A stretch of DNA of 64,000 nt from contig NC_043002.1 of NCBI RefSeq assembly GCF_006345805.1, positions 14,260,001 to 14,324,000 on the forward strand, written 5' to 3'. This document shows positions 52,101 to 64,000 of the stretch, piece after piece (the stretch's first letter is position 1; each line of letters starts with the position of its first letter). Made by a program: the position numbers and the translations under genes. Below the pieces are notes generated by a model. The model had not been told where the DNA came from and did no database searches. It was given only the letters and a program-made list of their open reading frames with translations. Source of the stretch: Octopus sinensis (lineage: Eukaryota).

Positions 52101-54488
52101 TTGAAGAGGAGAACCAGGGTATGATGTGTATGTGTTTGTGAAAGTGTATGGTAGTGTGAAAGTGTGAATGTGTATATGTGCGTGCGCAAATGTACAAGAT
52201 TTGTTTCAACACAGGAATTCACATCAACAATCTCGCAAAATAAATACTTAAACATAATTTGAATTACTCACTTAAATAGAATTATTTATGGGACTCGAAC
52301 TAAGCTGTTGCTGAAAAGCTCGACATTCAACAACGAAAGGTTTCTAAGCATATTTCACCCCTAGCCCGGTAATTTAGGTTAACGACTGAATAAGCAGTGA
52401 AATTTCAAGAAAATACTTAGGATAGTAGTTTATGATGTATGCACAAGGCTACATAGATTTAGTAAAGTAGAAGACACGGAATATGTAAAAAGGTAAAATC
52501 AATATAGGCATCTATGTACTATAGTTAAAGCATACACACTGTCGTTATGGCAGTTGCTGCCGATGCATTTCTACGATGAGGTGACGTCCATGGTGCGTAC
52601 TTGCAGCCACCATATTCTCGACCGAGAATTCGTCAAGAATTCGTCGTAGCATGTGTCTGTGTACAGAAAAATCTTTGAATTTCTGTACCAGCTAATTCAT
52701 AAAGAGAACCGTCGGTAAACAAGCTAGTAAAAGCAAAGCATCTGAGCAATATCACTTACCGAACTCTCTCTATTCGGTATGCTTAGTCCATAGAAGGTCA
52801 AACAGTCTACAGTAGAAATGAAATGCACGATATACCAGGCAATATAATTATTCACAATTATGTCAGGGCGTAGATATTAACAATGTATAAATAGGTGAAC
52901 GCATATATTTATATCATAATCTTGTACGGGGTATTTAATAACATATGTAATCCCAATATATGTTACCTTCAAGATATATAATTTAAAATGTTGAGATTGT
53001 CAGCAACAGGAACAGGTGGTTATCCAAGCTACACTTACGAAGGTGAATTCCTCAAACAGGACAGGTAAAATTCTAACGATACTGCTGGTATAAAAGCATT
53101 TCCTTATATTTTGCAGTATGCTTTATTGATTTTGTAGAATCATTATGCCACCATAATGATTTCTATTTTGATATCCCCTAAAATGTTTTCTGCCGTAGCA
53201 AATTTTCAGGTGCACGATTCACAGAAGAAATCCGCTCATAGAATCTTCCATGTTGGCTCGTATTTGGAGAACAAACATTTTGTTTTGGGATTTTTTTCAA
53301 TATTCATTCGTTCATTCCCATCGTAGCTTCCAAACTGAATAAAGTAGAAAAAGACATCAAATACTTTCATCACGCCATTCTATTTCTACAGCTTCAGTAA
53401 AATAAAAAAAACACTTTTGCGGACAAAAAAAGACAGTATTTAGGCTTCAGAAGTACAGAAAGCTACATTAATTATTTTATAGTTTTGGTTCAATTCGCAC
53501 TGGTACACTTGAAAGATATATAGCGAACTCGAAACAACTGATTTTGGTATACTCTCATCTCAGTTATGTTCGTTAATGTCAATCATACAAAATACTGTTT
53601 TGGAGATTGTTTAGCTATAATAAAGCTGATTTCTCGGCAAATGTTTCATGTCTCCTATCCTCCTCTATTTTTTATCAAATATCCAAGATTACTTTGTGCA
53701 ATAAGTCCTTCCATCTAAAGTTGATAACATGGAATTTGATAGTCAATTAGATGCTGATTTTACAATGTTACTCAGTAACAGAAACATTCGCCAGTTGTTT
53801 GATGTGTTAACCACATTTTCTTTTGATTAGATTCACAATGAATTACGCTCTGCATTATATAATTTCTGCTTTAGAAGGGAGCAATTTACATAACCATTAT
53901 TTCCATTTAAGAAGGAAGTAAGACAGAAATAATCAATTTGGAACGGAAATACAATAACTGCTAGCTTAATTCTAGTTAGTTTGTCGTGACGCTCTAACTA
54001 GATCTTTCTATATAGAATTCTGTATTATATATGTAGCATATAATTGCAATATATGGTTGGAATTCCATCTAATTGTAAGCAACAGACTACCTTCAGTTTC
54101 TCATAAATTTATAGAGTCACAAATCAAAACAATCTAGAACCTAATATTATGTGTTCATTTCCTACATCAAATATATATGCTAATATTTAGGTAAATAACA
54201 TATAAAGATTTGGTGTAAGGTATATATTTTCCGCAGCAATCTTACGGGAGACGAGATAATAGTAAATGAAGTGAAATATCTTCAGTCGGAGATAAGAAGA
54301 ATATTAGGATTGTTATTTAAAATGAAATTACTAAGAAACGGGCAAGCGAAATCGCTGATGTATATTATATTTGATTATCAGCAGATTAGTTCCAATAGGG
54401 TTGACGAAATGCTGCACTAGACTAATTTGGGAGGGGATTGAGTAAAACGAAGGGGCGTTGGGTATGATACTTTGCACTATATTGTTCA

Positions 54489-55150
54489 TGCTAAGGTGGC
54501 GAGCTGGGCGAAATGCTTAGCGGTATTTCGTCTGCCGCTAGATTCTGAGTTCAAATTCCGCCGAGAAAAAGGCGATGAACTGGCCGAAACGTTAGCACGC
54601 CGGGCGAAATGCTTAGCGGTATCTCGTATGCCGTTACGTTCTGATTTTATATTCCGCCGAGGTCGACTTTGCCTTTCATCCTTTCGGGGTCGATAAATTA
54701 AGTACCAGTTATGCACTGGGGTTGATATAATCGACTTAATCCGTCTGGCTGTTCATGTTTGTCTCCTCTGTTTTTAGCCCCTTATGGGTAGTAAAAAAAT
54801 AGGTATTTCGTCTGCGGCTACGTTCTGAGTTCAAATTCCGCCGAGGTCGACTTCGTCTTTCAGCCTTTCGGGGTCGATTAAATAAGTACCAGTTACTCAC
54901 TGGGGTCGATATAATCGACTTAATCCGTTTGTCTGTCCTTGTTTGTCCCCTCTGTGCGTAGCCCTTATGGGCAGTAAAGAAATAGGTATTTCGCCTGTCT
55001 TAACGCTCTGATTTCAAATTCCACAAAGGTCGAATTTGCCATTCATCATTTCGGTGTCTATAAATTATGTACCAGTTGCATACTGGGATTGATCTAATCG
55101 ATTGGCCCGCTCCCGCAAAATTTCGGGTCTTGTGCCTAGAGTAGAAATGA
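54489..55150 (+). mobile_element. SINE family B, multimodular tandem
   Basis: TTCTGAGTTCAAATTCCGCCGAG(GTCGAC) module recurs four times. Confidence 0.85.
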
Positions 55151-56558
55151 TTATATATTTCATGCGTCTTGACTTATGAGTTCTAATCAAGTACAGGGAC
55201 CTTCTTGGTCAGAAAGCATAATACCACACCTAGTTTCACGTCTCCACTTGGCATGTTGGGTGACATTAGCAAAATTTACTTGCTTGTATATATTCAAACC
55301 TGGTCTTTAGATTGGGAAGAACATCCTCTCCACCTATTACTCTTGTGAGTCCTGAGAAAGGTCACTGCTATTACCTACACTCCTGTCTAAATACAGAAAT
55401 TTGATCATATAAACATAAAAGTAAAATGGATGTCTATCTAACGTTTATAAATTATAAATATTCAAGTAAATTGGGTAAAATTTGCCTTCCATGTTATAGA
55501 GGTCATTGGATAGTAGAATTGCTCCAGGGACATTATGGAGCCGGACAAAATACCTTGCGGAGCTATATTATACCCGGTTACATTTTGAGTTAATATCCAG
55601 CTGAGATATTATTATACTTCGTTAACTAATACAATTTTATAGTAGAGTTTCACTACTTGAGTATATTAATTACACAGAGCAGCATCGAGAGGGACGATGT
55701 TGAAATAAACCTGTTATTGATGCTTAGGGAACTGTCATGGATATTGCTCATCTCATTTGCTGATTGCATGAATTTGGTCATTACCATAGTTGAGAATGAG
55801 AACAAACGATTTAGCTGTGGCTATCGAAACCTCCTCACTTCTTGAAATGTTCTTTGTTAGGGAAGAATTCTTCATTACAGAAAACTTATTCACACATATG
55901 ATAAAATGGCGACAATGAGCAAATACTGTTGTGCAATATAAATATTATTTAGATGCATCTCATTAGGTTTATCAAAGGTTCTAGACATTCGACTGTATCT
56001 GTCAAATATTTCTAAGCAAATATTTGACAGATGCTTCTATAAATATCTAATGTCCTACTAAATTCATATGGAAGAGTTACAACTAGTTATACTAAAACAT
56101 TTTCCAAGCTTTATATAAAGCTTCACAGACATATTGGGATGAAATAAATAGACAGATCGCACACCGTACCTTCAAACAGGTAAGATTTTGAATATATTTC
56201 CAGTTAGTTATTTTTTCCAAATTAAATGTAAGTGTGAACTGTATTTTATTAAGTAAAGATCAAAAGTACAGACTTTAAAAATGTGTAGTATTGCAGAAAT
56301 TTATTTATATTTGAAAGATATTTATCATGTTACTAAGAGGCACGTGTATAAAAAAAAATATTAAATAAAATTTAGTAAATATGCAATAAATAAACGAAAC
56401 AAATTGAATGCACAATTGCTATGTTAACAAATAAAATCACTCGGCGAATTTGCAATTATAAGGATTATAGAAAACTGCAATTATATTTATAAAATAATTT
56501 GCCTTTAGAAGAGAAATGGTTAATTAGCCATATTGTATAATCGAGGATTATAAAAGTT

Positions 56559-56615
<57 letters not shown>

Positions 56616-56724
56616 TTTGTTTGTAGATACATTGGCAACAGGTGTTAATTATTTCAAATCTGAAAAAGAATCAAGACATTTTAAAACAAATGCAATATGT
56701 TCATTCCGGTGTTGTTTCCACAGA

Positions 56725-56725
<1 letters not shown>

Positions 56726-56803
<78 letters not shown>

Positions 56804-56808
56804 AAGTA

Positions 56809-56863
<55 letters not shown>
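56726..56863. repeat. (ATCT)n-(CT)n-(AT)n compound microsatellite
   Basis: Direct reading. Confidence 0.95.
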
Positions 56864-56868
<5 letters not shown>

Positions 56869-57009
56869 CAAAGGTTTACCACGATCCTACCTGCATTAGA
56901 TTGAATTGATACCAAACAAGAAACGCAATGTGAATGAAACTTCAAGAATATCTTTCACGGCCTGAAGATTAGCGCTGACTGGATTAAAACTGTTAAATCT
57001 ACATTTGAT

Positions 57010-57405
57010 TTAAAACGTTGGTGACTACGAGCAAAGAACTGGAAATGGATTTGGTGGAAGAGGATTTAACAGAATAATTTGAAAAAGACATACAGCCCCT
57101 GACGAACGAGGATGAGATTTGGCATCAGGAGTAGCAAAATAAAGAAGAAGAGGCAGTGGAACCTGAGCCACGTGAATTTACCATTAAGAAAATGCAGTAA
57201 GCGTTTGCATATATCGAAAACGGTTTTTTCTGTGCTCAAGGATATGGATCCAAATGCTCAACGCTTTTCGAAGTTTATGGGAGTTATAGTGTAATTCTTG
57301 AGGAAAAGAAGAACTCTCAACCGGTTTTTTAACCGCATCGAACAAGAACAGCCAGAGTCAGCAGTTGATGTTGACAATCCACAACCATCTACACACGCAA
57401 TTTAA
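57010..57405 (+). mobile_element. Tigger/pogo-like transposase C-terminal remnant
   Basis: ELEMDLVEEDLTE*FEKDIQPLTNED...REFTIKKMQ*AFAYIENG..VLKDMDPNAQRFSKF resembles my recollection of the Tigger1-type C-terminus. Confidence 0.65.
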
Positions 57406-58990
57406 ACCACCAAATTGTATCTACTTATTGGTAAATTCAGTTTATTTTGCTATTGCAAAATAATAATTACTTAATTTGTTTTTAAGCTTAAAAAAAGGTT
57501 TATTTTTATTTTACTATGTCATTGTAAAACCTCATTCATAAATAAAGCGTCCACGATGTACGATAGATACCGTGAAATTTTATTCGTAAATTTAGATTAC
57601 ACTTTTCTTTACTCTATTGCATTAAAAAATAAGAATTATTTATTTTTATGCTTAAAATAGGCTTTATTAAACATGTATTATTGCAAATGTATTCATAAAT
57701 AAAGTACACAGCTGGGAATGGTTGTTATTGATTTAGCCTAGAATCAAGTAAATTCAGCATGGACTAAAATAGAGAGAAGTAAATTCGGCCTAACCTAAAC
57801 CACTAGATACGTTAATTCGACTTAAGCCGTGTCTCCTGGAAACAATTAACGACGTAGGGTAAGGTATGTCTGTATATGTATTATAATAAATAAAGATTTA
57901 GATGAATGCATGTATTAGAGTAAATAAACTTTAAACTGATTTAAAATATTCCCATGCGGCTTTACAGGAAAGAATAGATATCTATTTCAAGACCTTATAT
58001 AAAAGAAAACTATACGTTTCTATAACAAAGAAATATCGCGTGTGAAACGAAGGTTGCACAATTCTATATGCAGTTAATGAATAATATATAAAGTTTCTGA
58101 ATTTTGTGTATTTCAAAGTTCCATGAATACCTTCGATTCGTTCTCTCAATAGAGAGAATACAGGATTTTTATTTTTAAATAATGTTTTAGGATGAAAATA
58201 CAGTCATTGTGTATTTCTCGGATTGGAATTTTTCTTGTTATGTCCGTCGATATCTTACTACATATACTCCAGTTTTTGCCAGACGATATGATTATTTACT
58301 CAGATATAAAGCAGACAAAATTTCATTTCTTATTTATTCAATACGAGACATTTGTCTATATTCTCTATGGTTTGAAATTTTTACAATTTCTTTATTAAAT
58401 TCTTCTGTCTATTGTCATAATTTGATTCTGTGTAAGTTCAATAAAGTGCGTCATATCGATACAATCTGCAGGATATCTGGCGATCAAATCAGAAACGGTA
58501 AATTTACATTGGAATTTATTATATTATATTATTTTTTACTTGTTTCAGTCATTGGGTTGTGACCATGCTGGGGCTCTTTATTGAAAGATTTTTAGTAGAA
58601 CAGATAGACATTGGTACTTATTCTTTTTAAAGTTTAATTCCTTATATATCAGGGGTTTTTTTTTTGAACACCCTAAAGTTGCAGGGATGTAGAGACCAAC
58701 ATCTGTTGTCAATTAGTAGATGAGTGATAAACTTATACATACAAACACATATACACGCACACATATTTTTGGATATAGATCTTCCGCACAAGATCCGTCT
58801 TCTAGTTTCACTCACATTACATTTGATTGACCAAGGCTATATTAGAAAAGACAATTTATTAGGTGCAACGCAATTCGACTGCACCTGAAATATCACATGA
58901 TATATATATATCAATGGAAAGGATAGATAGGTACGGCTATGGCAATGTGGTTAAACGCGCGCTCTTTATATATGTATGTATGTATGTATA

Positions 58991-59056
<66 letters not shown>

Positions 59057-59887
59057 ATATATATATATGTTGTTGGCATCCTTTTTGTCTCGAGAGACAA
59101 TGGAGTTGCGCATAAAATAATCTAGTCACGAGTGATATATATATATATATAGGAATATTGATATAAACGGAATGATTTTAGTCGAATTCTATATTCATAT
59201 GTAGTGCAATTGCATAATTATTTGTAGAACAGTGGTCTTTAATCTAGTTAAAGAAATTTGTGGTTTTAATTTTACTTGCTTAGTTATACTTGCAAAGTGA
59301 CGAATTTATTTCCAAATGTGACATCGGGATTCTTGTCTCAGTCTGCGTTTATTACAAGTAAAACAACTGAAAAATATACCAAATATATTAGAAGCAAAGA
59401 TATAGTACTGCATATTTCATATTTGCGATTTTCTTTGACTGACGTCCGTTTCCGCGTTTCATTTACCTTTTACGCTTGTTAGTCATTAGACTGTGGGCAC
59501 GTTGATGCATAACCTTGCATTATTCTAATGAAACTAGTCCAGCCAGTACTTATTTTTTCCAAGCCTGGTTCTTATAGTATAGATCACTAATGCCGAACTG
59601 CTAGGTAACAAAGAGATAAACACACCAAAACCACTGGTCAATTGGTGGTGGGGAATCATCACACACACAGAGACACAGATACAAATGCAAACACACACCA
59701 CGCGCGCACGCACAAAAACGTTTGGTCTGCCTGAGTGTATAGTAGGTGCGATGCAGTGGACAGATCTCGAAACCACGTGGGTGGGAAACCAACTGCTTAA
59801 CACACAGCCACATCTGCACCTATGCACGGTCACTCCCACGCCTATACGAATATTCTGGGTTGTGTTGATGGCGTGGGTCTTGATTAT

Positions 59888-60305
59888 ACTCTTTTTCTCT
59901 TTTTTTCTCTTTTTACTTGTTTCAGTCATTTGACTGCGGCCATGCTGGAGCACCGCCTTTAATCGAGCAAATCGACCCCGGGACTTATTCTTTTGTAAGC
60001 CCAGTACTTATTTTATCAGTCTCTTTTGCCGAATCGCTAAGTAACGGGGACATAAACACACCAGCATCGGTTGTCAAGCAATGCTAGGGGGACAAATACA
60101 GACACACAAACACACACACGCATATATATGTATACATATATACGACGGGCTTCTTTCAGTTTCCGTCTACCAAATCCACTCACAAGGTTTGGTCGGCCCG
60201 AGGCTATAGTAGAAGATACTTGCCCAAGGTGCCACGCAGTGGGACTGAACCCGGAATCATGTGGTTGGTAGACAAGCTACTTACCACACACCCACTCCTG
60301 CGCCT
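59888..60305 (-). mobile_element. SINE family A
   Basis: Full-length minus-strand copy; more decayed relatives at ~58540-58830 and ~59530-59830. Confidence 0.85.
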
Positions 60306-60899
60306 TATCTTTCGCTTTCATTAAAAACATTTAGGATTGTAATTTTTAAGTGCACAAAAAATATATGCAACACAAATTGGGGACATAGGGGTTGATATTG
60401 CTCTGCTGTCAGGTTAGAAGTTTATGTTTGGGTAGGGGAACGGCAAACATTCAAAACAGCACAAATTTTCGTTGATAGTTAAACAATGGACCACGTTCAA
60501 ATATTCTATGGACAATTAGATTACTGAATATTTTAAATTCAATTATAATTAATTCCGAAAATTACTGTGCAAAACACAAATCTCAAGTGTTTTTAAGCAA
60601 TAATTGTGATAAGAGGAGGAAATTTATATACACTAGGAATTATATCATATAATTAAACGATTAGTAATTACAAATTTAAATATAGGCTTCGTACAACACT
60701 ACAGTCTGATACATTACTAGATCTTACTGTATATGGCAGGTAATAGTACTAAATTTTAACACTCAGATCACTGTCTCATGCAAGAAATCTTCATAGTAAA
60801 ATATGAGTTTATTACTTCAGAAGCAGAGATAGTTTGTAAAGATCGATATGTATCCCATGGTTTATATAAAGTAGAGAAATAACACTGACAAGCAATATG

Positions 60900-61660
60900 T
60901 AGAAAACTGACAAACCAGCCAAACATTGTTATTTAATTTCTAAGAGATACAAAATATCTGAAAATATTTGGCACTAAACTGATCCAAAGTATTGCACATA
61001 ATTCTTCAATATACCTCTGGTAATAGGAAACTAGATAAAAAGAATATTTCTTCGAAACGCAACAAAATATTGTTTCTACGCTTCTGATATTTTCAACAAA
61101 AATTCAGTCGGAAAAATTAGAGAGTTAAGTATTTTTGATGTTACTACATTCTTACTTTTGTGCTATTCAAGCTTTTGTTATTGATTTCTGTTCAATAATA
61201 CCCGCACCAAACAACTGTATGTAAATGACAACGGCATTTTACCCAGAATAAGATTTCTAAGCAACAAATTACAAAGTACTGTGGATATACAAATGCATAA
61301 ATAAATTTAGTTTGTAGATATATTGACACCGAGTACATGATTCTTTAAATCTGAAATATTAGAATAAAACTAGTTTTCTAAAAAAAAAGGCAATAAATAA
61401 TTTCCTCGTTATTTACACCGGTCTATTCCTCGATATAGAATATAAAATATTTTACAAAGTATGGAATAACGCAGACTGATAACGGAGAGCGATTTCACAT
61501 TTCACAATTAAGTATATTTAGAAATGCATTTCTTTGCATACAAGTAACTGAATGTTTTGACACCGGCCTCCTAAAGCGACAATTTTCTCCATGTTAAACC
61601 GCAATGAGAATGTTCTTTTAAGACCAGAAATACGTCATATATATTTGGACTTAATGTTAC

Positions 61661-61722
<62 letters not shown>

Positions 61723-63830
61723 CTGCGTATATATATATACATATATATATATGTGTGTGTGTGTATATATAATTATTTATCTGTCTATCACGCATATATA
61801 CATACGTATATATATGGAGTATATATGACTATTTTGCCATGGAATTTGCTTCAACGAATATAGCTTAGTGGCAACGTATTAAAGTATTAAATATGCGTGT
61901 TCCACTACGTAAGAAGAAAGTTTATCAGATGTTAAATTATTTCACAACAATTAGTGTAAAACTAACAATTGGATAAAAAGTCATTCTTCTTCACTGCATG
62001 TTTAATTTTAACGAACAATATCTGTAAAATGTAAATATACGTACAAAATTATATTTAATAATTATAGTTTATTAGAATATAAATTGATTCAAATTTGCTT
62101 TGTGTAATTTTCATTAAACAATAAATAATTAATGATAAATCTCAGAGCGAGTTATAAACATTTTCAATATCAGTATCAATCGATACTGGAAAAAGTATAT
62201 GTATTTGTGAGGGGAACTGACTTCTCGTCGACAACTATGATTGTCACACGCCGATGATGGGTCAATACCCTGAAACTCGAGTCCGTGTGTATCATAAGTT
62301 GAAGACGGGAAGGATGGCTTCCCTTCACAAATACTGATAGGGCACTGAAAGTGTGTCTATAGCCAGCTGGAGGAGGTGTCTTCCTGGGGCTACAAACTAC
62401 AGTAGCATCCATCCTTAGGGGTTAGCCATATTCAAATGGCAAATATACGTCACAATAAATAATTATTTCTACACCTAAAAGAATAGAATACTCTGATACT
62501 AAGTATTAGGTAAAGAAATTTTAACTAGTAAATGAATTAAGTAACTTTGTATTGTGTCTCTCAAAGATCTGTGCATCCCTTCAGGTCATTATATGTAAAA
62601 AATAAAATAATTTAAGGTATTGCTATTGAATGACCAAAAATTCATTCGAAATACATGAAATAAGAACTAAATAAGAAATGTATAACTTATTTCTATCATG
62701 AAGTGTCTCAGTTGTAGTACTTCAAACCCTAAATCACTTGCGTAATTCTGTGACTATCATCTACACTAGCGTGTCCCTCACACAGAGTAGCACAAGATGA
62801 AAATTGATATTTGCTCCAACCCACGCACAGTATATGGTTCGATTATTTTTCATTTTCGTTGAACAAACGTCGAGGTTCTAATACAAATATCCATGCAACA
62901 TCTCAAAAGTTTAAAATCAAAATATGCGATATTTCTCTTCAGTTACCTTCGAAATGTTATGCTTGGGTTTGAAATTGACAGAAATTTGAAAAGAGGGAAT
63001 GAATTAACCTTGTAATTGAAACGTTTGATTATTTTCAATTGTATAATTCAGAACGTTATTGCATAACGTATGACGTCTTTTACGTATAATTCAGCTTGAC
63101 AAACTATTATTTAATTTACTTCAGTGTAACCCTCATTTGATGTTTATATAATATTAAGCAAAAAAGTATTTAACATTCTCACTAAATGAGATCTTTTTAG
63201 TCTATGAAAGATATGTGGTGTAATCAAAAATTTAGAAATACGAATTAATTTATTAAAAACATTAGCTATTACAATATTTGATCTATGAAATAATTGTTAG
63301 TTTATACAATTTAATTTGAACAACATTTTCTGATAGAAAATAAACTTTACAGAAAATAAACTGAAATTCCCTATTTATTGCTTCAGAAACAGATGACGTT
63401 TTGAAGAATTGATATTTAACATTTCGGTTGTATAAAAGAAAAATAACAAAAAATCAGTATGTGCAAGACTGCCAAGACTGCCAAACACAAATCATTGAAT
63501 TTGTAAAGGAGAGATAAAGGACACCTGAAAAGTATTTGGCACTAAACTAATCCAAAATATTGCATATAATTTATTTTCTTACCTCTGGTAATATAAATGC
63601 AGATGAAGATGATTATTTCCCCAAATACAACAAAATATTGTTGTTATACTTATGATAACTCCAGCAGAACTTAGACTGAAAAAAATCCTAGAATTAAGTA
63701 ACTATTTTGATGATGATGCATTTTCACATTTCTTTAGTAAATGATTTTAACACTTGTTATTGATTTCTGTTCAGTTACATTTGTACAAAACAACTGCAAG
63801 TACATGAGAGTGCATTTTATTGCAATAAAC
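60900..63830 (+). repeat. Diverged local duplication: ~60900-61260 vs ~63470-63830
   Basis: Shared TATTTGGCACTAAACT.ATCCAAA.TATTGCA.ATAATT, TACCTCTGGTAATA, CAACAAAATATTGTT, TTGTTATTGATTTCTGTTCA. Confidence 0.75.
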
Positions 63831-64000
63831 TTTCATGGGTGTGCAGCAAATTTCTGATAATGAATCGTAAGAGGACAGAAGAAAATGGGAACTCTATAGA
63901 GGTGGTATATTCAATAAAATGGAAATTTTGAAAGTATGTATAACTAAAGTATTATGATCGCTTCTCCTTATGAATAAAAATCGATATACGTTGAAGGTAA

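Noticed and set aside
52540-52720. CpG-rich block with short open frames (FTDGS-like word; WYRNSKIFLYTDTCYDEF)
   Set aside because: Short frames, weak splice sites and no recognisable homology.

Overview
AT-rich, microsatellite- and SINE-dense eukaryotic DNA. It resembles Octopus-type coleoid cephalopod DNA; this is my inference from the repeat families, not verified. I found no intact host gene, and most ORFs in the track are microsatellite read-through or transposon debris. The main result is a hammerhead-ribozyme (HHR) retroelement system. (1) 12250-16219 is a non-coding ~475-nt unit repeated ~4.6 times and then ~3.8 times inverted. It carries 9 complete Type I hammerheads, is flanked by (TA)n, and has a 12-nt loop with 3-nt microhomology at the centre. 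(2) 1879-2925 is an unrelated fold-back insert with a minimal Type I hammerhead in each arm and the same geometry, splitting an RTE reverse-transcriptase gene. (3) Several ~200-bp elements carry minimal or variant hammerheads, mostly with 3' ends at (TA)n. (4) A decayed Penelope-like element (RT + GIY-YIG, 18427-19720) belongs to the class that could mobilise them. My reading is inferred: a retrozyme-like RNA, possibly circular, reverse-transcribed from a (TA)n target, followed by cDNA fold-back self-priming. Long-read fold-back artefact must be excluded. Other content: an R4/Dong-like LINE between (AAT)n tracts, two mariner deletion derivatives, hAT and Tc1-type MITEs, a Tigger fragment, several tRNA-SINE families, and a near-identical 2.1-kb tandem duplication.
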